A stretch of DNA of 63,433 bases, filler included, from Octopus bimaculoides (GCF_001194135.2; 6 parts of 6 records of this genome joined end to end with filler, not necessarily neighbours in it), one strand, 5' to 3'; shown: positions 11,027 through 23,275, numbered from the whole stretch's first letter. Translations and numbers: made by a program. The notes: generated by a model not told the origin, from the letters alone.

Positions 11027-11096
11027 TATACACACACCCACACACAATGGGCTTTCACCATTTCCATCCATCAAATTTACAATATGGCATTGGTTG

Positions 11097-11205
11097 TATC
11101 AGGGCTATAACAGAAGATACTTACCCAAGGTGTTGTGCAGAGGGACTGAACCGAAAACCATTTGCTTGCAAAGCAAGCTTAACCACAAAGTCATGCCTGC
11201 ACCTA
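11097..11205 (-). mobile_element. SINE family B head fragment
   Basis: Degenerate match to the family B 5' region. Confidence 0.6.
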
Positions 11206-11439
11206 TTGTAACAGGAGATGAAGTAGAACTAGAATTTCCCTCCCAAATGTATGGTTTAGTTAATCTAATTAACCTAGTCCACTTTGCTGTACATAGGTAC
11301 CAAAGTACAGCTGAGTTTACTGTTGTAGACAGCATCAATAGTGACATCCATGTTCTTTACAATTTCGTTAGGAGGTAGGGGCCGGGTACATGGGTTTCAC
11401 CAGGCTTCACCCTCACAGACTGGCAAGATTGATGGAGTT

Positions 11440-11565
11440 AATATTATGGTTTCAGGTTCAGTCCCACTGCATGATATCTCAGATATGTGTTTACTACTAT
11501 ACCTTTGGGATGACCAAAGGAGTGCATTTGGTTGACAGAAACTGAAAGAAGCCCACCTTACGTAT
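11440..11565 (+). mobile_element. SINE family B head/body fragment
   Basis: GGTTCAGTCCCACTGC...GAAACTGAAAGAAGCCC. Confidence 0.65.
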
Positions 11566-11589
11566 ATGTTTGTGTGTATAAAAACTCAC

Positions 11590-12420
11590 ATGCATAATCA
11601 TGTCACTCTTCCTAAAGTGTTTAATAACATTGCAGCCATATCTGCAATAGAATATCTTATCTCATCTCCTCTCAGGAAATATTTAAGACAGCCACCCATC
11701 CACTGTAATAACACTATGGCTGACAGTGAATTCAAAAAGAAGATAGCCTGCAACTTTATAATTAAAACTATGAAACCTAAAAATAGACCTAGGAAGATTA
11801 TATGGTTTAGCACCTGCTTTCTCTTTGAACATTAGACTAACATAGGTATAAAATTCATGGCCTTAATACATAAGCAGTTCCCAGATGGCCATAGATATAG
11901 GAAAATTTTTAACAGATGCTCAGTGAAAACTGCTGCCCAACATGAAAAAATTTATTACTCACAGGTTACACCAAGTGCCTACTCCAAGTTTTAACAATAG
12001 AAATCCAGAAACTTGCCCACTTGATCAGGCATGCATGTTCAGTGGTTTATGAAATCAAAGCCACATCAGTATTCCAAAATGATAAAACTCACAAAAAAGA
12101 AAGTACATTGTTATATGTGAAAGTGACTTTATAAAAAGATATGCTTGATCACCAGTCTTCTCTTCTACATGTGGATAAGAAGAAAATCATTAAGTTAGCC
12201 AGCTATAGCTGGGACTTGAAAGCCAACAGCACCCCATAGTCCATCAAGTGGAACATCATGGAATGGTACATACAGGACTGAGATGCAGGATTTGTTAAGA
12301 TGAAAGATTGCATGTTATTTTTAGACCTAAGAACTCTATTGATCTGCTGAATTCTATACCTGAACTTTATATTAAATGTAAGCATTTAGACAAGTTTCTA
12401 TTAGTGAACTGGAAATACAC
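11590..12420 (+). pseudogene. second, more decayed PLE relic (RT thumb plus GIY-YIG)
   Basis: RPRKIIWF...TNIGIKF.ALIHKQFP...RKIFNR..VK; FNNRNPETCPLDQAC at the CxCx5C position; VVYEIK; KRY; LASY.WDLK...IKWNI; CRIC..ERL...LLNSIPELYIKCKH. Pieces lie in different frames. Confidence 0.75.
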
Positions 12421-12766
12421 CACACTCTTCAGATTAAGCATGCAGTCTCATAAATTTTAACCTGTGTGTGTTGAATTAATTACACCAACCATATTAATAT
12501 TTGTAGTAGGCCAAGGGACACCACTCTTAATCTTTTTACCTTCACATTTCTTTTTTCTCATTCCAGCTTTTCTTTTTACCTTTTCTTCTCATCCTTTCTC
12601 TTTTTTGTCAAAGAGCAGCCATGTTTCAATTTAGAGTCTGAATGATTGCTTGGAAATACATAGTATACTATAAATACAAGCTTATCTGACTATTGTATTT
12701 TCAGAAGCATTTAACTAATATTAGATCAAATTTAAACACTGTGTATTAAAGCGTGTGTGTGTGTGA

Positions 12767-12797
<31 letters not shown>

Positions 12798-12859
12798 TAT
12801 GTGTGCATGCGTGTGTGTGTGTGCGTACATTTGCATTTGCAATTCATTTATAATATTCT

Positions 12860-13025
12860 GCAAAAACATGCCTGGCTAGAGCGAAATATAACCTTACTTG
12901 GAAACAGGTGAGATCTGGGTACAGGAAGGGCATCTGATCATAGAATATGTTACATTAAACTCCATCCAACCCATGCAAGTAAGGGAAAAGTGGACATTAA
13001 AATGATGATAATGATGGTGATGATG
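12860..13025 (+). mobile_element. family E-type 3' end with (GAT)n tail
   Basis: AGGAAGGGCATC...CCATCCAACCCATGCAAG...GGACATTAAAATGATGATAATGATG. Confidence 0.55.
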
Positions 13026-13399
13026 AATATTGACAAGGCAACGTCTGAAGGGAAAACAGGTATGGAGGTAATTCCATAAATGTGAAGTTCTGAGGAGAAC
13101 AATCATCATCATCATCTTCATTCTGCACCTGTTTTCCCTACTGGTATGGAAGGAGCATCAAAGTTTGAGTTACTTTTTATGAGGAGCCACTACCCCCATA
13201 AAGTAGTACACACACATTTAATTTTCACCTGGTTTCTGTGACTGGACGCCTTTCTTATTATCAATTGCTCTACAGAATGTATGGGTGCATTATATCATCA
13301 TACCGGCATGACAGTGGTTCAGAAGTCCTTGATGAGACAGTGCAAAAGGGATATTTTAACCCTTCTTTTTTCTCTGTTCACTCAACAATCACTTTAGAA

Positions 13400-13620
13400 G
13401 GGTGTAGGAGCATAGATAGAGGAAGCTGCAATAAGGGTGGCTTGGAGAGGAGTGATATAAGTGTTTTAGACAGGCTTAGGTGGAATGGGAGTGGTATGCA
13501 TTCAGACAGTTCTATGTAGCAGAAGCTGTTCCTGAAGTGGAAGACTTAGTAGACTGAAGAGGAAGCATGTGTGTGTGGGGTAAGAGGCTGAAATGTGCAA
13601 CAAGATTAGTGATGTAGTAA
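13400..13620 (-). mobile_element. possible CR1/L2-type LINE 3' scrap
   Basis: Minus strand gives HFRNSFC followed by a frameshifted RTV...LP, resembling the FxNSFFxRTVxxWNxLP end of CR1/L2 ORF2. Short and degenerate. Confidence 0.35.
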
Positions 13621-13999
13621 CATGTAACACTGTTAAAATTACCAGAGCAAGCTATAAGGATGCATTTGTAATTGAAGCATGTTTGAGACATTAACCTTTC
13701 AAAGATTAAGCAGGATAAGAATGGAACGACAGTGTAACAAATGCCACAGTAAGAAAAGGCTGAAAATCTAAAGACACCTATTCGAAAGAATCAAGTTTAC
13801 AAAGCTATCATATAACAAATCTCTCCCCCACAACTCATCTTCCTAACACCCCCTCCTATTCATGTACACCTTTCACTGCATTCTCTCCCCCCCCCCCATA
13901 TTTGCCTTTTACACTCTTATGAACTTACCTACCTGCTCACCCTGTCGAATCCCGTGTGTCACTTATATTTACCTCCCTGTAATTCGAGGGTATACCCCA

Positions 14000-14357
14000 A
14001 CATCTTCTCTCTCCCTTCTCCAACTGGAGTAGCCTTGTGTCTCTTCTCCAGCAAGACACCCGTTTCCCCACCTCATACTTTAACCTCTCCTTGTCTAACA
14101 CAAAGCCATCCCCCTTAATACTATTCCACCATCAGCTGAGAGATTTGTCTTGCAAGTTCCTTGGTGACCTCACTGGTGCTGGTGCTATTTTAAAAAATGC
14201 ACCCAGTACACTCTGTAAAGTGAATTGGTGTCAGGAAGGGCACCCATCCTTAGAAACCATGCTATAGCCGACAATCAAGCTTGGCACAGTTCTCTAGCTC
14301 ATTATCTTCTGTCAAACCCATACCAGCATGGAAAACAGTAAATGGTGAGGATAATGA
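14000..14357 (+). mobile_element. family E-related SINE-like copy
   Basis: AAAAATGCACCCAGTACACTCTGTAAAGTG...AGGAAGGGCA...CCAGCATGGAAAA matches the 3' end of 3500-3694. Confidence 0.55.
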
Positions 14358-15347
14358 CAATGCACCATGAGTCACTGTTGAAAACCATCCTGAGAGGTGT
14401 TGAGAAGAAAGGAGCATGAGATCATCAAAGATGTTTATGAATTGACATCAAGGAACGGACTGGAAACAAGAGCCTTGTTGATTTTGATTAAAATTTTCAG
14501 ATTAGTTGCTATTTCATAGCAATGAATGTTCTAAGCCTAAGATTATATGTTGTCTTGCTTCTGTTTATCATTTTCAAAAGCAATCCAACAATGACCATCC
14601 TGTCTAGTTTAGTATTAGCTTAGTGCTCGCTCTCCTACAAGTTTGTTTTCACTTAACTTTTTCCAGTAATGCACAGAGGAATCGATCAACCAATTTTCAA
14701 TTTTGAAAATTTCCTGTTTCATACCTCAAACTTTGAAATATCCATACAAGAGGTGAAATATGTCTATTTAGATTAGTGTGTGAGTAAGTGGTAACAAGGG
14801 GTATGGCATTCAGAGTGAAAAATAGAAAAAGGAAAGAGGAAGGCATTACACGTTCATATCTATGTGCATGCGTAGGTATACGTATATATGAATACATCCC
14901 CACTAGTAGTACTATTTTGTTAAGCGCATCTACTAAGCAGTATGAACTGTGTCTAAGGCAGATACGCACAGTGTGTATCACTCCGCTATATATACTGTTT
15001 GTAAACATGTCAAGTAGATAAACACGTAGAATCATAATAATGCCTCCAGTGAGTTGTTTATTATCCCAACACGAACAAAAGAATACATAACAAGGTTCCT
15101 TCATCATTAACTATTCTTTGTGGGTAAGGAATAGATTGCAAACTAGAAGTCATTACCAGCTACTATTTCAGGCACTGTCATGGTATTAGCTGTCAGAAGT
15201 GAAAGTAGAAAAATCTGACAAGGAACATTACTGCTGGTTTGAGTTGATTCTTTGGCTACTGACTGGCCGGAGCTATCTATCTGTCTGCCTGTCTGTCTGT
15301 CTACCTATCTCTCTCTCTCTCTGTCTGTCTGTCTACATATCTCTCTC

Positions 15348-15379
<32 letters not shown>

Positions 15380-15798
15380 TCACTTGTCCACCTTCGTTTG
15401 TGTCCGTAGAATTTATCAAATTAGAAAACGCAAATTTAATATAAAAATATATTTTCTGAAATTGCAAATTATTTGAAATATAAAAATATAATTTTCAACA
15501 GAGAGAAAGGATCTAGTTCAAAACGGGAGCGCCAGTATTTTCTTAACGAAACACTTTGAAACTTGGGACACTGGTAGAATGTGTCATAAAACATCTTTTT
15601 CTCTTAGTCTTCTTAAGAAAAATTATTAGATTGCAACTTATTTCATGTTAAAGTTGTCGTATTTCTGTAATTTCAACCAATGACTGACGTCCATTCAGCC
15701 GAATACAGTAAATGCTGACTACGTAAACAAACGATTCTGGCGGTGATAAAATTATTATTTCCTTGTCAAAAAATGGCTGAAGCATATTGGCAGTAGCT

Positions 15799-15870
15799 AA
15801 TAAACCTTTCTATTATAGGCACAAGGCCTGGTTTTTGAGGGAAGGAGCAAGTCAATTATATACGCTGTGC
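15799..15870 (-). mobile_element. SINE family A 3' fragment
   Basis: CCTTTCTATTATAGGCACAAGGCCTG is the reverse complement of the tail at 42890-42920. Confidence 0.55.
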
Positions 15871-16357
15871 GTATCTGTGTTTGTATTTATTTTCTGTTCA
15901 ACNNNNNNNNNNNNNNNNNNNNNNNNNNNNNNNNNNNNNNNNNNNNNNNNNNNNNNNNNNNNNNNNNNNNNNNNNNNNNNNNNNNNNNNNNNNNNNNNNN
16001 NNNNNNNNNNNNNNNNNNNNNNNNNNNNNNNNNNNNNNNNNNNNNNNNNNNNNNNNNNNNNNNNNNNNNNNNNNNNNNNNNNNNNNNNNNNNNNNNNNNN
16101 NNNNNNNNNNNNNNNNNNNNNNNNNNNNNNNNNNNNNNNNNNNNNNNNNNNNNNNNNNNNNNNNNNNNNNNNNNNNNNNNNNNNNNNNNNNNNNNNNNNN
16201 NNNNNNNNNNNNNNNNNNNNNNNNNNNNNNNNNNNNNNNNNNNNNNNNNNNNNNNCCGAGAGAAATTTTCAAAATAGAAAACAAATGAAGTTTGAAGTTA
16301 AGTTTAAAAATAAATGTGATACTTACGCTCCGTAGAAAACTTATACTCTGTAATGTT

Positions 16358-16905
16358 TCAAACGCATGGATATAGGTGTCGAATTTGTTCCAATAACTTT
16401 CCGAAGATTTCGTCCTTAAATTCATAATGCCACATGAATTCAATGAGATGCGACTGAAGTAAATTTCGAGCTGTTCCATTTTCACTTTTGTTGCGATTCT
16501 TTACATGCTTCCATAAGCATTCTATGTGGTTGGTTGTGGCAAATGTTACCGGAACAACAAAATTTATGTAATGATTTACAGTCAGATGTCTATATCCTAG
16601 CTGAATGAGCGTATTATATGAACGCCAGAGGTCAGAAATTATAGTCGTACCAGGCAATATACGCTCTTGTATAATTTCTAAAAGAGTGTCTGCAGACCGG
16701 TCTTCCACTGCCACCAAAAAACATCTTCTTGTATCCCTTTCCAAAGCATCAAACACCCACTGCGTTTTAACCCGATGGCCAACATTGTATTTTCTTCTGA
16801 CAAATGAACTTTCGGTTTGGTCCTCCTAGCTTAATGTTTTGTGCAGCATAATATTCTGCACATACATCACGGCAAAAATTTCTCCAATCTGTGACGGCTA
16901 CACTC
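16358..16905 (-). pseudogene. Merlin / IS1595 (ISXO2-like) DDE transposase pseudogene
   Basis: VTDWRNFCRDVCAEY...LGGPN | ESSFVRRKYNVGHRVKTQWVFDALERDT...ILPGTTIISDLWRSY...HLTVNH..NFV.P...TTNHIECLW. The VEID segment carrying the first catalytic Asp appears deleted. Confidence 0.9.
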
Positions 16906-18339
16906 GTTATACGACATTCTTGGGGCAGAAGTCATATTGAAAATCCGAAAGTGAAAAACCTTCCACTAATTTTTTCACACGTGTTGATTTCAAAGTGAAC
17001 AACTTTGAATTACGCGCGGTGGTGGTGGGGCTGATGGGTGTATGTGATTTGTTTTTAAAAACAATAATGAATAATGCAAAAATATATTTATTTATAAAGT
17101 TTAAACTGAACATGGGACGAAATATATTTATTTATAAACTTTAAACTGAACTTCATTTGTTTAAATTCTACGGAAACAAGCGAAGGTGGACAAGTGATAG
17201 ATAGACAGACAGACAGATAGATAGCTCCGGCTAGTCAGTAGGCAAAGAATCAACTCAAACCAGCTGTAACGTTCCTTGTCAGATTTTTCTACTTTCACTT
17301 CTGACAGCTAATGAGAGTAACTTATATTTTAATCAACATCTTTCTGGCTGTCATGGCAAGTAAAGAAAATGTGGAGAATCATGTCGTACTTCATAAAAAC
17401 ATCAAGGTTTCCTTGAAATACTGAAACGAAAATATTGTTTACTAACAGCAGTTTTTCGAAATTTTTGCTGACTGTTATAACACTATTACATCTTATAATT
17501 AATGTTTTTTTTTAATGGTGTTCCTAATTAAATATTTATAAATTACTTAAATGACATTTTTTTTCTGGTAATACTTATTGCTGGCTCTTACACAGCAATA
17601 CGTCTCAAAATTAATGTTTATTTTTTGTTTCTAATTAATTGCTTATAAATTACCAAAATGAGGGGGGGTTTTTGCCCTCATAATATACGTGCATTCAAAA
17701 TGAAAGTATTTTTCTCTCTAAACTAATAATAAAAAAAAAACTAAAGGAAAAAAGAATAATAAACAAATTTATGCATGATTTTTTATACCCTACCCCATCA
17801 TCTTTGGCATCTTGCCTTGACTCTTCATTTGGCCAGAATAATAATAAATACGACAGGTTACTTGGTCGTGAAAGAGCTGTCCTGCGAAGAGCAACAGTCA
17901 TCATTGTTTCTTTTCAGCCTAAATTACGGTGAAACACAATTGTCTGTTGTCGAACACGAGACAAGTGAATACTCTAACAGAAAACCAATAATAATAACAA
18001 ATGAATATTCTATGTAGATGAATTGAGATGAAGTACAAATAATGCTAGATATTAACACATCAAGAGGAAAGTCAATTCAATATGAAAGTATCGACATACG
18101 GAATATGACGTCGACTGATCTGTCTTCTGGTAGTTGACAAAATGAAAGAGTACATGTTAATGAATGGCGGTGAAACCAGAGAAGAAAGGTGTATTATGTG
18201 GAAGCTGACGTTAAGAATAGAGCGGGGGAGAAGAAGGTGGTTAAAGAAGGGTGGTAGAAGGAAAGAGAAAAGAAAAATTATAAAGGTTTAAAAAATGGGA
18301 AAATGAAAAGAGGCTTCGTTGTTGACTAAAATAATGGAC

Positions 18340-18790
18340 TGTATGCAGCCAGGAAATCTGCTCTGAAGCCATTTGGTACTGTTGGTAGACACTGCACCTT
18401 CAACAAAAGCATCAAGCTGAAATATCTGGAAACCCTCATCTGGCCAGTAGACTTGTATGATGGGTGTTAAGCATGGACCCTAACAGTGGCTGACACCAAG
18501 CGACTGAAGGTATTGAAGATGATGTGCTACAGGTGGGTGGTCGATAGAACAGTCCAGGAAGAGATGAAATCGGGTGACCAAGATCTGGTGACATTGATAA
18601 GCCGGCGAAAGCTGCAATATTTTGACACCGTTATCAGAGCCCAAAATATCCTTTGTGGCTAGGTAAACGTAAAAGAGACTTACGGGAAACAAAAACGAAG
18701 ATGAAGTGATGACATCAAGGACTGAAGGGGAAGGACCCTACCAGAGTGTAAGGGCTACAGCACAGAACTGCAATATGAAGAGGAGTGATG
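18340..18790 (+). mobile_element. RTE-clade LINE ORF2 3' fragment
   Basis: IKLKYLETLIWPV.LY.GC*AWTLTVADTKRL...MMCYR...ISRRKLQYF..VIR...SDDIKD are typical RTE/BovB C-terminal motifs, with stops. Confidence 0.75.
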
Positions 18791-19096
18791 GCTGTATCTA
18801 AAACCTCCGACCGTTAGTCAGTTATCCGCGTTGAAAAGTGAACTGGAATCATTGACATGACGTGTCCTACATGAACCAATTTGGGTTTCTGTTGACGAGG
18901 CACGAAGGGTCTATAACTTTGTAGTTAATCTAATGGGATCGGTGATGCTAATTTATTTTCTCTTAAATGACAAAAAGGAAACAGCGACAGCTCGAAACCG
19001 AAATTAGGAAAGAGACAATTGCAACTTCCGATAGGTCGGTAATGGAGGTTTCCGATTGGTTAAAATTACATAACTTTTTATTATTATTAATTTCTA

Positions 19097-19322
19097 GAAA
19101 ACTGCGAGCTAGCAGAATCGTTAGCAGGTCAGACAAAATGCTTTGCGGCATTTCTTCCTGTTCTTTACATTCTGAATTCAGATCCCGTTGCGGTTGATTT
19201 TTACTTTTCATCCTCTTGGGTGTCGATAAATGAGCATCGTCATGCACTGGCATCGATGTAATCCACTATCCCCATCTCTCGCTAAAATTTCGGCGCCCTT
19301 CTGCCTGGAGCAGAAAAGATCA
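19097..19322 (+). mobile_element. SINE family A copy
   Basis: Homologous to 1-225. Confidence 0.7.
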
Positions 19323-19336
19323 TGAATTTCTATAAA

Positions 19337-19552
19337 GGCGGAGAGCTGACAGAAACGTTAGCGCGTCGGACAAAATGCTTAGTAGCACTTCTTCCAACTC
19401 TTTACGTTCTAAGTTTAAATGCCACTGAGGTGACCTTGCCTTTTATCCTTTCAAGATCGACAAAATAAGTATCAGTTGAGCACTAGGATGGATGTAATCA
19501 ACTAAACCCTCTAAAAATTGCTAACCCTTTGCCAAAATCTAAAACCATTATT
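19337..19552 (+). mobile_element. SINE family A copy
   Basis: GGCGGAGAGCTGACAGAAACGTTAGC...; homologous to 1-225. Confidence 0.75.
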
Positions 19553-19661
19553 AATTTCTAGAAAGCGATTGTGATTTTCGTCATCAGCATAGAAAACTAC
19601 ATCAGTGAAAGAAATATGAAAGAAATTTGGTTGTTGGAAAGGATTTAAAGAGATCCTTCAT

Positions 19662-20056
19662 AGGCGCAGGCGTGGCTGTGTGGAAAAGAACATTGCTTCC
19701 CACCACATGGTTCCGAGTTCAGTCCCACTGTTTGACACTTTAGGCAAGTGCCTCGGCCAACCAAAGCCTTGTGAGTGGATTTGGTAGACGGAAACTGAAA
19801 GAAGCCTGTCGTGTATGTGTGTGTGTGTGTGTGTGTTTGTGTGTGTGTGTTACCCACCACCGCTTGACAACCGGTATTAGTGTGTCTTTGTCCCTGTAAC
19901 TTAGTGGTTCGGCAAAAGAGATCGACAGAATCAGTATCAGGCTTATTAAAAAGAAAGTAATGGAGTCGATTCATTCGACTAAAAATTCTTCGAGGCGGTG
20001 CCCCAGCATGGCCACAGTCTAATGACCAAAACAAGTAAGAGATAAAAGATATAAAA
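19662..20056 (+). mobile_element. SINE family B, full length, internal (TG)n
   Basis: Head AGGCGCAGGCGTGGCTGTGTGG...GAGTTCAGTCC, CORE-like ACTTTAGGCAAGTG block, microsatellite slot, 3' module ending in an AAAAGA-rich tail. Confidence 0.88.
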
Positions 20057-20140
20057 GCAACTCTGCAAGAACTGAAGTATAGAAAATGATGTAAGTTCAA
20101 AAAGCTATTTGCGTTACTTAAACACTTTGAGTATATATAT

Positions 20141-20540
20141 AGGCGCAGGAGAAGCTGTGTGGTAAGTAGCTTGCTTACCAATCACATGGTTCCGGGTTCA
20201 GTCTCACTGCGCGGCACTTTAGGCAAGTGTCTTCTACTATAGCCTCGGGTCGACCAAAGCCTTGTGAGTAGATTTGATAGATGGAAACTGAAAGAAGCCC
20301 GTCGTATATATGTATGTATGTATGTATGTATGTGTGTATATGTTTGTGTGTCTGTGTTTGTCCCCCCAACATCGCTTGACAACCGATGATGGTGTGTTTA
20401 CGTCAGGTAACTTAGCGGTTCGGCAAAAGAGACCGATAGAATAAGTACTAGGCTTACAAAGAATGAGTCCTGTGGTCGATTTGCTCGACTAAAAGCGGTA
20501 CTCCAGCATAGCCGCAGTCAAATGACTAAAAGAAGTAAAA
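20141..20540 (+). mobile_element. SINE family B, full length, internal (TATG)n
   Basis: Homologous to 19662-20056; ends at a gap. Confidence 0.9.
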
Positions 20541-21342
20541 NNNNNNNNNNNNNNNNNNNNNNNNNNNNNNNNNNNNNNNNNNNNNNNNNNNNNNNNNNNN
20601 NNNNNNNNNNNNNNNNNNNNNNNNNNNNNNNNNNNNNNNNNNNNNNNNNNNNNNNNNNNNNNNNNNNNNNNNNNNNNNNNNNNNNNNNNNNNNNNNNNNN
20701 NNNNNNNNNNNNNNNNNNNNNNNNNNNNNNNNNNNNNNNNNNNNNNNNNNNNNNNNNNNNNNNNNNNNNNNNNNNNNNNNNNNNNNNNNNNNNNNNNNNN
20801 NNNNNNNNNNNNNNNNNNNNNNNNNNNNNNNNNNNNNNNNNNNNNNNNNNNNNNNNNNNNNNNNNNNNNNNNNNNNNNNNNNNNNNNNNNNNNNNNNNNN
20901 NNNNNNNNNNNNNNNNNNNNNNNNNNNNNNNNNNNNNNNNNNNNNNNNNNNNNNNNNNNNNNNNNNNNNNNNNNNNNNNNNNNNNNNNNNNNNNNNNNNN
21001 NNNNNNNNNNNNNNNNNNNNNNNNNNNNNNNNNNNNNNNNNNNNNNNNNNNNNNNNNNNNNNNNNNNNNNNNNNNNNNNNNNNNNNNNNNNNNNNNNNNN
21101 NNNNNNNNNNNNNNNNNNNNNNNNNNNNNNNNNNNNNNNNNNNNNNNNNNNNNNNNNNNNNNNNNNCTTCATCCCGCCATGAATTTACGCTGCTCCTTTG
21201 CCTAGCAAAAAGAGGAACGTCATGACTGCCCGTACTTCAATTTTACCAAAATCCACTGCAGGAGCTGCCATCATGCGTTAGCATGCAAAAAGGAGAAAAA
21301 TATATAGTATACCATCATGATTTTTTTGCATATCTTCTAAAC

Positions 21343-21641
21343 CAGGGAGTTTCAAACTTTTTGACTTGCGGACCCCTTTATGTTTCAGGCTTTACCTTAG
21401 GGACCCCCTTATAAACGCTTATGAAATTTATACATAAATATTTGCTTAAAATAACATATTTTTACATTTATTTATTTAACAGTATTTAACAAATAGGTTT
21501 ATTGTCAATTATACACACATGATTTTTTAAATACATACTTAGTGAGAAGGATGTGCTTGCTTGGCTTTGCACGGACCCCCTGTCTTGGCTTTCCACGGGC
21601 CCCCTGTCTTGTCCTTGCGGACCACAGTTTGAAAACCCCTG
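21343..21641. mobile_element. hAT (Charlie-like) MITE, 299 bp
   Basis: TIRs CAGGGAGTTTCAAAC / GTTTGAAAACCCCTG; perfect 8-bp TSD TTCTAAAC at 21335-21342 and 21642-21649; subterminal GCGGACCCC-like repeats. Confidence 0.92.
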
Positions 21642-21914
21642 TTCTAAACAGTTAGCCTACCTCACCTGTAAAGGTATCAGCTCCACCCTCCAGTGATACC
21701 CTTAAAGACAGGAACTTTTCAGCACCCCTCGTATAGGTATGGTGATGCAAATAAAAGAAATAGAACTCAATATGTAAGTATATGTATATTTTTTTATTAA
21801 TATTTAGTAGAAGCAATAGAGTGACTCAAGGGCCGAGAGTTTCGTGCGTTGACACATATCAAACTGGTTTGATAACTACCAACGCATGAAACTTTCGGAC
21901 TTGAGTCACTCTAA

Positions 21915-21988
21915 TGCTTCTGCTCTCTCTCTCTCTCTCTTTCTCCCCCTCTCTCTCTCCTTCTCCTCTCTCTCTCTCTCTCTCTCCT

Positions 21989-22061
<73 letters not shown>

Positions 22062-22190
22062 AAGACATACATGCATACGCAGAATACATGCACACAGACA
22101 ATTACACATATACATACACATACACACGCAAACATTCACAAACATTCGTACACAAACATACATACATACACACATATACTAACACCAGCT
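21915..22190. repeat. compound (CT)n-(TA)n-(CA/TACA)n microsatellite
   Basis: Directly visible. Confidence 0.95.
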
Positions 22191-22389
22191 CTGTAGCAGC
22201 CTCCATCACCGTCGACGAAAAATCAATAAGATATTCTCTTGTGATACAATGCGGTTCGATTGAAGTTTTCTGTGAATCGAATTTGCAAAGCAGTTTCGAT
22301 TTTAAGATGAGCCGTTTAGTTACGTATAAAGAATTTCATATTCTCGTGAGAAATGCATGCACACCACGACATCACATTATATATATGTA

Positions 22390-22423
<34 letters not shown>

Positions 22424-23103
22424 CATATATATATACATATATNNNNNNNNNNNNNNNNNNNNNNNNNNNNNNNNNNNNNNNNNNNNNNNNNNNNNNNNNN
22501 NNNNNNNNNNNNNNNNNNNNNNNNNNNNNNNNNNNNNNNNNNNNNNNNNNNNNNNNNNNNNNNNNNNNNNNNNNNNNNNNNNNNNNNNNNNNNNNNNNNN
22601 NNNNNNNNNNNNNNNNNNNNNNNNNNNNNNNNNNNNNNNNNNNNNNNNNNNNNNNNNNNNNNNNNNNNNNNNNNNNNNNNNNNNNNNNNNNNNNNNNNNN
22701 NNNNNNNNNNNNNNNNNNNNNNNNNNNNNNNNNNNNNNNNNNNNNNNNNNNNNNNNNNNNNNNNNNNNNNNNNNNNNNNNNNNNNNNNNNNNNNNNNNNN
22801 NNNNNNNNNNNNNNNNNNNNNNNNNNNNNNNNNNNNNNNNNNNNNNNNNNNNNNNNNNNNNNNNNNNNNNNNNNNNNNNNNNNNNNNNNNNNNNNNNNNN
22901 NNNNNNNNNNNNNNNNNNNNNNNNNNNNNNNNNNNNNNNNNNNNNNNNNNNNNNNNNNNNNNNNNNNNNNNNNNNNNNNNNNNNNNTATGTGTGTTTATG
23001 TGTGTTTGCGTGCGAGTGTGCATGAATATTATGAATAACTATGTGTGTGTTGTGTATGCTGTGTGCGTGTGCGTGTGTTGTATATATATGTGTGTGTGTG
23101 TGT

Positions 23104-23135
<32 letters not shown>

Positions 23136-23199
23136 TGTGATCACTGATCTCATTCAATAAACTTTTTGTAGTCGATATATTTAGGTAGATTTCATTTAA

Positions 23200-23207
23200 A
23201 CACACAC

Positions 23208-23239
<32 letters not shown>

Positions 23240-23244
23240 GCATG

Positions 23245-23275
<31 letters not shown>

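Larger units (their letters stand above)
15189..17308 (-). mobile_element. Merlin-transposase-containing element with long inverted repeats; left repeat interrupted by about 850 bp
   Basis: 15189-15420 is the reverse complement of 17157-17308, and 16275-16315 matches 17120-17160. Both outer ends are flanked by TA. Confidence 0.75.

Noticed and set aside
17909-17973. Possible micro-exon (TTGTTTCTTTTCAG acceptor, GTGAAT donor, LNYGETQLSVVEHET)
   Set aside because: No recognisable homology and no partner exons; such signals arise by chance.
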